Below, in pieces: positions 48,501 through 59,600 of a stretch of 64,000 nt of DNA. The DNA comes from Podarcis liolepis (lineage: Eukaryota). Position numbers and translations under genes: made by a program. Numbering within the stretch: position 1 is the stretch's first letter; each line of letters starts with the position of its first letter. Below the pieces are notes generated by a model. The model did not search any database, was not told where the DNA came from, and saw nothing but the letters and a program-made list of their open reading frames with translations. Where the stretch lies: assembly GCA_965112155.1 (NCBI GenBank), contig OZ218101.1; one strand, written 5' to 3'.

Positions 48501-51500
48501 ATAAACTTTATTGAAAATACGTTCAGTCATTGGGTTACAAGACTGATTTTTTAAAATTGCCCTTTATTTTTTAAGAAAACGTTGACTGAAAAGAAGAAGT
48601 TGTGCTTTCTGTCCAATATTTAATTTTTTTTCATTATATCACCTCCAAGAGAGATATTTCCTGTATGCAAATTCACTTTTTCCTTGAAATGTTCTGTCTT
48701 TTCTTTCTCAATTTGTAAAGAAACTTTTTTATTGTGCATTAATTATTTCATCGAGTGATCTCATGAAATACTGAGGTCATTGCAAGGTCCCTGCTAGAAC
48801 AGTTTTTATTAAGTAACAGTTAAAACAAATTTGGAATTACTTGGACTAGTAGTAGAGGAAAGAATTAATTAAGGATAGATTCAGATGAACAAGCAGGTGG
48901 GCCATAGCAGCTTGAAATCTAACTCCAAAGTGATTGCTTGCTTCAAATGGGGACCTATGTGTAGTGACTTTCTCAATGCACGTTTTAGCCTGTGCAGTAT
49001 TCCTTCAAATTCAGGTGACTAGGAGTTATGTTGAAGGGGAAGGTGGGGAATGCCTTAAAATCAGGCGAAGGCACCTTCTTTTTTATATAATTATTAATCC
49101 AATCTTATTTAGTGACTGTATATTACTGTGGACTGCTTACAACAGTTTAAAATCAAAATAACTAGTAAAACAGTAGAAAATATTTTTAAAATACAAAAGA
49201 AGTTGCTTCTGTCAGGTTTTGGGGGGTTTCCCTAGTTTCTGCACTATAGCCCACCCCATTCAGCAGAGTTGCCCAACACTATGTGGTGCATTTTGGGGTG
49301 CTTAAGGGCTGACATGGGCAGGAGGGAGTGGGGAAGTTATCTTGGTAATTCTTGTGCTTAACTCTTGATTCAACACTATATATTTGTTCTTTGGCTTATA
49401 AGTAAACACATGTCTAATAGTCTATGGCAAGTCCAAATTGCCCTCAAGTGATCAAGTAAAGAAGCTTTGAGTTTCCCTTTTTTCTTTTGGCCTACTCCCA
49501 AGTGAAATAATTTTCTATTGAATATATATTGTAGGGTAACCTTGTAAATGTTCTTACAGACTAGTAACTTTTGTGGACTTCTTTGCAGGCTTGTTCTTAT
49601 GCTTTCCGTGAGGTAGCTTGTTGTCATTCTTTTCTATGCACTTTTCTTGAGTTAAATAGCAGTCAGTTGTTAAAACAGTAAAAAGAAAGCGATGCAGCTA
49701 AATGTGTAGCTGTATATCTTGGAATAGGGTGGCATCCCATACAGTTAAAACTTGAAGACTTTTTTTATTACGGAGTATTATATTTTTACAGGTGCTCCTG
49801 ATTAACGAACTTNNNNNNNNNNNNNNNNNNNNNNNNNNNNNNNNNNNNNNNNNNNNNNNNNNNNNNNNNNNNNNNNNNNNNNNNNNNNNNNNNNNNNNNN
49901 NNNNNNNNNNNNNNNNNNNNNNNNNNNNNNNNNNNNNNNNNNNNNNNNNNNNNNNNNNNNNNNNNNNNNNNNNNNNTAATTTAAAGTGAAACCAGAAAGC
50001 ATGTCTGGTTTAAATCTGATAGAAAAAAATCAGATTAAAGAATCTTAGCTCAGACTCTATACAGTGCCTTTCCTGTTCTCTGTCCCAGTGATTGAAAGCC
50101 ATAGCATCTGGCTTCGATCCCTTTTTACACGTTAGATGTGTGTGTAACTGTATGTCTTTTCCTCACTTCCTGAAAGTATTTTTTAGAATGTTCTCTAAAC
50201 CTAAAAAAACATGTAGGCGATTCTGATCGAAGTTTAGCTTTTGAATAATATTTATTTCTGCAGCTTACAAAAAGCCCCCCACCCACCCAACACAATCTAG
50301 GTACAGTTTGCCATGCATGCCTTCGTTACTTCAAACATTAGACCAAATAATACCTGTGCTAACATTCCTGTCTTATATGTATTAGACAATTTTGCTAGGA
50401 CAAATTTGTAAAATAAATTATGCAAAAGTGAGTACTTATGGTGAAATCTTATTCCCTCTTTGATACCAAGCTGGTAGATAATAGGAAAATTCATCCAAAA
50501 ATTCTCTCTTTGTTTTCAAATGTTCAGTATATGACAACTATCAGATTGTAGCCTACAACAGTACTAATTGTTTTAATACCAACTGGAAAACGTGTCAGTT
50601 CCTGATACTCTTCAGTGTTGTTCACCAAGAATAGAAATTTGACCTGTTTTAGATGTACTAAAGGACTATTTTTCTTTATTTTTTGTATGGAGAGGGGAAG
50701 GACTGTAGCTCAGTGACAGAGCATCTGCTTTGCATGCCAAAGTCCCAGGTTCAATCTCTGGCTTCTCTAGGTAGAACTAAAAATGTCCCCTGCTTGAATC
50801 CCTGGATAGCTGCTGCCAGTCACTACATACAATACTGAGATCGATAGAACAATGGTCTTACTCCATATAAATGTTGAACACTAATGCTTTTTTAAACAAT
50901 ACAAACAGTTTTTATGTTGTAATTTTTTTAAGTGTTTACTGTTACTGAAGAGTTCCGAGTGATAAGTTTATTGTGACTTTTTTTTTGCACATAACGATGA
51001 AGGCACTCAAATATTTTACCCAATTCAGCCTCAGAAGATAATTCAGCCGCCGCCAATTTATCTGTGCGGTGTGTGGGGGTTTATAATTGTCAAACTTATA
51101 GATATATTTCAGATTTATAGGGACCCGCTGAGAAAAATCCCCGCTAAAAACACTGTCATTATTATGCTTCCTGTAACTGGAGGATGGGTGTTCTAATTTC
51201 AGTGTTTGTACTCTCACAGGTAAAGCCCTGATGGCACCAAACCTTGATTCTTTTGGACGAGACAGAACACTGTACCAAGAACATGTTAAAAGGCGGACTG
51301 CAGAAAGAGAAGCAAGAAGGTACAACAGCATTTAGGTTACTTCTATATGTATTGGAATGCATGTTCTGTATGATTGCTGTCTCTTTGTAGTATACAGCCT
51401 ACATATTCAAGTGCTTGCAGATAAATGATGGGCCACTCGCCTTGTAGGTAGAACATTGCTTGAGTCTTACATAGTGCGGCACAGTGGAGGTGGAGGCTGG

Positions 51501-54500
51501 CTGCTAGGTATATGACAAATCCCAAACTAAGGCGAAGGGGAAAGTAGCATAATGTTCAGGGTTGAGGTACTAGTCATCGAATAACACATGTCCTGTAACA
51601 TGTCAGATGGCTTCAACTCTGCTTCATTTCCTCTTGAAATAAGGGAGAGCAGGAAAGATGCATCCCTCAAAATAACAAGTACCCTTTGTTTGGGAAAAGC
51701 TTGGTTTTCTAACTTCAATGCAACATTGTGTTCCATTCATTTTAATAGGGCTCGTCGTAGACTTGCCAGAGAGCAATCTGGGAAGATGGCTGATCACCTT
51801 GAAGGCCTTTCTAGTGATGACGAAGAAACTTCAACAGATACTACAAACTTCAATATGGAACGAGGTCAGATTATTCATCTGAATGTCAGAAGTCATAGTA
51901 ATATCTAGATCCCAGTATTCTGTAGAGAAAATTTCATTTGATTAGATTGTATGACACTTTAAACCATGCTCTAAAAGCAGCTTTAAATGTGGAATTATTA
52001 CCTCATCTGTAGAATGACAGAGGCCAGTGCTGCTCTCTGCCATCATAAGCCATTCATTTCAGGCAGCTGGAGAAGGAATTCCAGCCCTAGTCTAACCCTT
52101 ATCTTACTAGCAAGGAGAGCCTCCTGCTGTAAAACACACACACACTCTGCAAAAGTCAGGCTTCTTGACTCATACCATGTTCCTCTTTATTCTATTTTGA
52201 CTGCTGCTTTTCTCTGAATAGTCAGGATCAGGAATTTCATTGTATGGGATCTTGTAAGCCTCCTTCAGGATGTGACAAAAGACAGGGTGTAAGTTTCATA
52301 ATTACATGTATTTCCTTTGAAGTGGAACTATTCACAGGGTGTTTTTTGCCACATGGAACTACTTCCATGATGCTGTGCTTTCAAGTGATTATCACCACGG
52401 TCACACTTTCGAATTAAGTCATGTACTTTCATACACTGAGGTAAACACCGTACAGTAGTTGTAACACCAACTTCTTAAGAAAAAAATAACTTTGTTATGC
52501 CATTGCTATAAAAAGGCAGAATATAAACAATAGAAAGGGCTAGATTCAGAGTGAACTGTGTCACAGGGATGGCAGAAGATGACTTTGCCCCTTCCTCCCC
52601 TGGTAGTCCCCTCCTCCAGCACCTTCTGCTAAGGGTCTAGATCCTGTTGGAAAGGGAGGAATCCCTAGAAATTAGGAAAAGGCCATCTCCCCATTTCCAC
52701 TCAGCCACCACCATTTAGCAGGGTCCCAAGCCCCTCAGTGAGAGTATTTGCAGAGGACATAGGAGACTGCTATGAGGAAGAAAGGGTAAGAAAGTTGGCT
52801 TCTGCCAGCCTCTTTGTGCACGTTCAGCTCTGTATCTGACCAAAGCGGTATAGATAATAACAATTTCTTTATAGTATATTTGCTTGAAAGTTTGCCTGAA
52901 ATTGCATTGCAGATATAAAGCAGGAGATTAATTTATGCTGTTTAAAATACTGTTATCCTAGATCGCATTTTGAAGGAGTCCAGCAAAGTTTTTGAAGATG
53001 TGGTAGAAAACTTTTCATCCATTGACGCCATTAAGTCGCAGTTTGAAGCATGGCGTTTCAAGTATTCATCTTCTTACAATGATGCTTATATTGGCCTTTG
53101 TTTACCTAAGCTATTAAATCCTTTAATAAGACTTCAGTTACTTACCTGGAACCCTTTGGAGGTGAGAGAAAGTTGAGACATGTTCACTGTGTTCTGTTTG
53201 TTAAACAAGGCAAAATGGTTACATAGAAGTGATTAGAAGCCTGGGATCTGAGGGCCTTACTGCGAGGAGATACAGGGAGCCAGACAGAGGGCCTTCTCGG
53301 CAGTGGGGCCATCCCTGTGGAACGGTCTCCTATTAGATATCAAGAAGATAAATAACTATACAACTTTTAGAAAACATCTGAAGGCAGCCCTCTATCAGCA
53401 GTTTTTAAAGTTTAATGTTTTATTATGTTTTTATATGTGTTGGAAGCCACCTTGGGTCATAAATGTCCAAACGGTAGGCCTGAACTACAGAAACTAGCTG
53501 CTTTGTCAGTCTGCTGCGACAGTATATTGATGGTATTGCAGTGCAGAGGAGTGGCTTCCACAACTTGATCAGCCTTGACGCAGTAGTTTGCAAATAGGTG
53601 ACTGAAAAAAACATGCTGACATCAGTGCCAGCGCAGTCTCAGAAAATATGATGTGCTCTTGGCACTACAAGGACATTCTGAAAAGGAGGCACCTAACCTA
53701 AATGCTTGTACTAACATATTGATAGAGCGTTCACACTTGATTAGTATTTTGTTTTAAAAACCATATTTATAGTGGCAATGTTTTATTTTAATAGGATAAG
53801 TGCCAAGACTTTGAGAGTATGCTATGGTTTGAATCTTTGCTATTTTATGGATGTGAAGAATATGACCAAGAGAAAGATGATGCTGATGTTTCACTATTGC
53901 CTACTATTGTGGAAAGAGTGGTTCTGCCTAAATTAACAGGTACTTTATAAATATACAGTCGTTTTAAAAGCGCAGCAGTTTCTGATTTTTAGCAACATCA
54001 TCTTAACCCTTAGTTTTGAGAAGTAATAATTCTTTTTTTGTTGTTAGTACTTGCTGAAAATGTGTGGGATCCTTTTTCTACAACACAGACGTCTAGGATG
54101 GTAGCCATTACCCAGAAACTAGTAAATGGTTATCCATCAGTGGTACATGCAGAAAACAAAAACACACAGGTAAAAAATATTCTTTTATCTTTTTGTAGGA
54201 CTGGACTGCTATGTCTGGTTGCTACTGTTAAGACATTCACTCATGTTTTGCACTTAATCCTAAATTAATTTTAAAATAGAAGCAATTGTAGTTCCCTTGT
54301 GTTATGTAACTGGTAACTATTTAGGGATTGGTGTGTCACAGTAATATGTGTTGCTGGAATGATGAAAATCTGTAAACAAACAATAAATGTCCATAAAAAT
54401 GGCAAAAGTAGTTTCTGTCCATCGTCCTCTTTTTATGCTCCTCCCGATGGAAACATGCAGATGGGGGACAGATATACCCCTGCTTTAAGTCATTTACATA

Positions 54501-56603
54501 CTGTCTTGTGGTACCTCCGGTTGTGGATGGGATCCGTTCCGGAGCTCTGGTCGGATCCCGAGGTTTCAGCAACCAGAGGGACCACTTCTGCGCATGTGCG
54601 CGTAACGGCAAATTGCTTCTGTGCATGCGCAAAAATGGTAGACTGCTTCTGCGCATGTGTGCGCGGCAAAACACTTCTGGGTTTGCCACTTTCGCAACCC
54701 GAAGTTTACATTACCTGAGAGTAACGTAAGCCGAGGTGCTACTGTATTATTTACTACAAAGCTTGATGACTACGCTCTTTAGTGTTGAGATGCCAGATTA
54801 CCAGAACGACGTCCAAGCACTGAACCACTGGTATATTAAAAGTGAACTCTGTATTTACTGCGTTTGCAATTGTTTAAGATAAAACCTATTTTGGAAAGAA
54901 ACTACTTTTGCCATATTCATGGACCTTTATTGTTTGTTTACAGATAGTTACCTTTGTAATATTATCTTGTGTTGATTGTAGTAGTTATTGTATCACTACT
55001 CTGTTCATGGCTTTATTGGAATGATGAAAATAGCAGACTGCAAATGAGAGTTGCAGAACTCAGAGTTTACAAAGGTCCCTGATGGAATGTTTTCATATAT
55101 CACCAGGAGAGGTTATATTTATATCACTGCTACGGCCATGGCTTAATGCTGCCCACTAAGTTAAACTCTCTGAATTGTGATCATTTCCAAAATATCTGCT
55201 ACTCCTTCTTCAGAAACACCTAATCAAACGTAGCTTAGAAATTGCCAGTCATATTCCAGATGTGAATAGATCAGTCTGCTTTTAAAGAAAACTAAAAACT
55301 TATTAATCCCCTCTTTTAACTGAAAAGCTGTTGTCTCCCGGAGGCTACAGCAAGAGGCAGAGAAGCACAATTAGATGAACAAAATCCTCTCGCAGTCAAT
55401 TGCATCCAGGCCACTGTTTTTAGTGACTTTTATGGAACTTGTTTCTAGGACATGCTGAAAACAAATCCTGTCCTTGTACAAAAGATCTTCAGGGACCACC
55501 TGAAGACCCTGTTTTGCATACACAAATTCAGTGCCTCCCATTTTTTTTTCATAATTTTGCATCTCCCATTTCTGCTAACTTGCATAATTCAAATTAATGG
55601 AAAATATAAAGTTGGTAAAAATAATCTGGTATCATGACAGACTTCTCTAGCACTAGTATCTACTGGGATATTTGGTTAGATTTGTGCTAAAAAGAAATTT
55701 TAAAAATACTTCACACTTGCGTTAAATTTTAATTCTTTCAGACATTACTAAAAGGCCTCTTGCTTAGAATGAGGAGAACATTAGATGATGATGTATTCAT
55801 GCCACTTTATCCCAAAAGGTAAGATTATTGGTTTGCAGAATCTTTTAGTATTATGACAATAGATCACATCAACAGTTCACATCATCTATACTACTGAAGT
55901 TTAAATAAAACTTTTATTTTTCAGTGTCTTAGAAAACAAGAACTCTGGTCCTTACTTGTTTTTCCAGCGGCAGTTTTGGTCTTCAGTGAAGGTGAGCTAG
56001 CAAACAGATGAAGTTTCAGACTTAGGAGCGCTACTGAAGTTTACTTTTGATAACTGGTAACTGACTCTGAGTGTGAAGTGAATTTGCTTGTGGAAGAAAG
56101 TAGGCATGCTGTCTCCAAACCCAGCATTGCTGCGTTTGTGACCTTAACTCAGGGTCACCAACCTTTTTTGGCCCCCTGAGCACATTTGCAAACCAGCAAA
56201 TTTGTGGGCAGCACACATACATGCAACCATGTATACACCACAACCTGTTCTGCGTATAGTAGAATTATTTTAAGTCTAACTTTGGGGAGGGCACCAACCA
56301 GCCTGCAGAGGAGGTCTCTGTGGGCATATGTGTGCTCATGGGTCCTGTTTTGGCAGCACTTGTCTTAGATTATCATGGTGCATGGCTGTCACGTTGCATA
56401 CGTTGGATTCCAAAGGCTGTGTGTATGGAAGACCACATACGCACTATTCTCTCAACTCTGTGCTCTCAAAACTCCTTAGACCACACAGCCTCCCACAGGC
56501 CACATCCACAAGTGCCTTTGCCTGTCTAGTATATGTCCTTGAACTGTCATGATGCCTCTTGCTTGTCTGGAAGGAAGATGGAGAGGGGTGTGGGATGTGC
56601 GTT

Positions 56604-56639
<36 letters not shown>

Positions 56640-59600
56640 TGGGTTCTGACATTTGTGTGGGTAGATTGTGACCTACTGTATAAAGGTAAGAGTCTCACCC
56701 ATTGTGTTCTCCCCACCCACTACTGATAAACAGCACCTGCAAGGTTACCTGAAACAGAATGCAGCCCTTTGGCATAAAAGGTGTCGTCATCCCCCCGCCC
56801 CCAGCCCCATGCTTATTGCAGCTTCCATCATCCCTGATCATTGACCATGCTGACTTGGGCTTATGGGAGTTGAAGTCCAACATCTGGAGGGCCACACATA
56901 CTCCATCCCTATTGTATATTTAAAGTTACTGTATATATGTGGTATTAAGATGACATGCATTTTTGAAAGTGCTAATGTTACATGTAGTTTTTAACTATGA
57001 ATTCTTTATACAGTTAAAGGGAAAAATTTTTTTTGAGTGTTCTGAATCTGAAACATCAACAACCGTTTATATAATAAGAAATTTGAAATTCACGAGGCAT
57101 AAAAGTCCAGGGAAATGTTTGTTACTAAATTTCCTAGATCCATTTTCATCAGGGTTGAGGCCCAGTTTTGGCACAGAAACTGCTTTGTCCTGTATGATTA
57201 CCTATGTTAGGAAAGAGACAGGGGAAATGTGTCCTTGTTAATTCTGCTTGAACTCTCAGTGGCTTTTGATACCGTTGACCCTCATATCCTCCTGAACTGG
57301 CTGTCTTGAGTTGAGGGTAGGTGGCACTGCTTTGCAGTGGTTCCGGTCCTACTTGGATGATGGTTTCCAGAGAGTGATGCTTGGGGAGTGCTTTTCAGCC
57401 CCATGAGCCTTCAATGTTGGGTTCATCGGGGTTCAGTTTTATCCCCCATGCTGTTTAACATCTACATGAAACCACTGAGTGGGGACACCTGGAGTTTTGG
57501 AGTACATTGTCAGCAATACCACAGACAGCTCTATTCCTTTAAACCTGCAAGTGTGGGAGTGGATGTGCTGGACTGTTGTCTTGCCTCAATAATGGACTGG
57601 ATGAAAGCCAATCAAATGAAGCTCAGTCCGGCTAAGATTGAGGCACTTTTAGTGGGTGATTCCTTAGACTGGATGAATGGGAGGTTCTGTCCTCTTGATG
57701 GGGTTACACTCCCCCTGAAAGAGCAGGTACTTGGGCTTGGGAGTACTTCTAGGTCTTAATTTTTTTAGCTTTACCTCTGGATCTATTGCTGTCGTTTGAG
57801 GCTCAGGTGGCCTTGGTGGTGCAGAATGCCTTCCATCAACTTCAGTTGGTGGCCCAGCTGTGCCCCTATCTGGCAGGGATAGCCTAACCGTCTCTGCTCT
57901 ATGTTAGATTAACCTCTATGTTAGATTACTGCAATGCTATACATGGGGCTGCCTCTGAAGATGGTTCAGAAACTTCAGCTGGTGTAGAATTCAGTGGCCA
58001 GGTTGCTTACTGGGGCAAGATGGGTTGAGCATATAATACCAATCCTGACGCGACTCCAGTGGCTGCCAGTTAGTTTCCAGGCCTAATTCAAAGTCCTGAA
58101 GTACTTATAGCGTGTATTCTCACTCTGGAATCAAATTTATTTCTGTAGCAGGTCAGTCATTGTAGCTGCCACATAGAGAATTTTGGCCACTTTTCTGATG
58201 GCAGCAGTACTAAATATTTCATGTTTTGTGGTTTATAGGTTCCCATAAAGGTATATATTGCTTGAGAAAAGAAGAATGCGTTAACTTTTTCTAATGGAAA
58301 TCAGTAGTATCCAGGCTTAATTTTGACTGATTTGTACTACAGAAATGTTAGGTTTGGTTATTTGTCCGTTCAGGCTAGAACAAATTCCTGCTCCAGCTGA
58401 GAGCTAGCAGTCCTCTTTAATAACACACAATACCCCTTTGCAGAAAATATGGATACTTATGGCTCATATAATTCAGATTTAAATTCTGTATTTAAAATGG
58501 AAATGTTTTCATTCATTGATAATGAATGTAAAAGATGTATATTTTAATAGTTCTTATATTTAATAGTTTTTATATTCAACTTTTTATTATCTATGTTCAG
58601 TTATTAGGAAACTTTCTGCAGTGGCATGGAATCCTTTCCAACAAAACCTTACAAGAGTTATCAATAGATGGATTGCTAAATAGATACATTCTTATGGCTT
58701 TCCAGAATTCTGAGTATGGAGATGATAGCATTAAGAAAGCTCAAAGTGTAAGTAAAAGTGTAACTTTTAATCATTCATTTCTATTGCTAAGCATCCTTTT
58801 TAAGTGACCTGATTTGCATGTTCACATGAAATCATGATTTAAAGTAAACTGTGACTTAACATGAAGGATCAGCATCCTAGTACACACTGCTCAAAAGTTC
58901 ATGCAGTCTTGCTGCTGCTGTGTCACAAACAAAAGAAGCCGGGATCCGTTCTGTCATGTCACCTGAAGCCAGACTCATCGTTTGTTTTTCTCCATATAAA
59001 GCATAAGCATTACCCATGGTTTGTTCTTGGCTGACCACTTGTGGTTTGTTTTTCCTAGTTGCCTGAGTCATATTTCAGACAACACAACAAACCAGCTGTG
59101 ATATGGCAGAAACAAGGAGAAGCTTTTGTAGAGCTCTGCAGCAATGTACACTAGAACAGTATTTGATCGCATTAAACCATAGTTTGTTTACATATGATGT
59201 GTGAACCAGGCCAGTATACTGCAAATGTATTAAGATGCTGTGCAGTGTAATGGCTAGAAAGTTGGGTATAAAAGTGAACAACAGTCGACACTGAAATCTC
59301 CATTCAGCCCTGAAGCCTGCTTGAGTGACCTAAGCCAAGTCACTATCTTTTCTGAAATATTTACATAGCACTGTTTTGCCAAAAAAAATTAGAGAACTCC
59401 ACATATCCTGCTTTCTTGACTTAGTGAAAGGATGAGATTAAAATGATAGTACAGCAAAAAGCTTACCACACCAGCCAGCTACAGAAACTGCCAGGCTTTA
59501 TTTCTAAAAATTTTATGTTAAGCACTTACACAGAGATCACTTGGGAATCATAAGACTTTGGGTTTGTTCATGTTTTGGGTAAAATAAATAAATTGATATC

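Noticed and set aside
50694-50770. Possible tRNA gene
   Set aside because: Degenerate cloverleaf continuing into a SINE body; a second copy at 33949 shows it is a repeat
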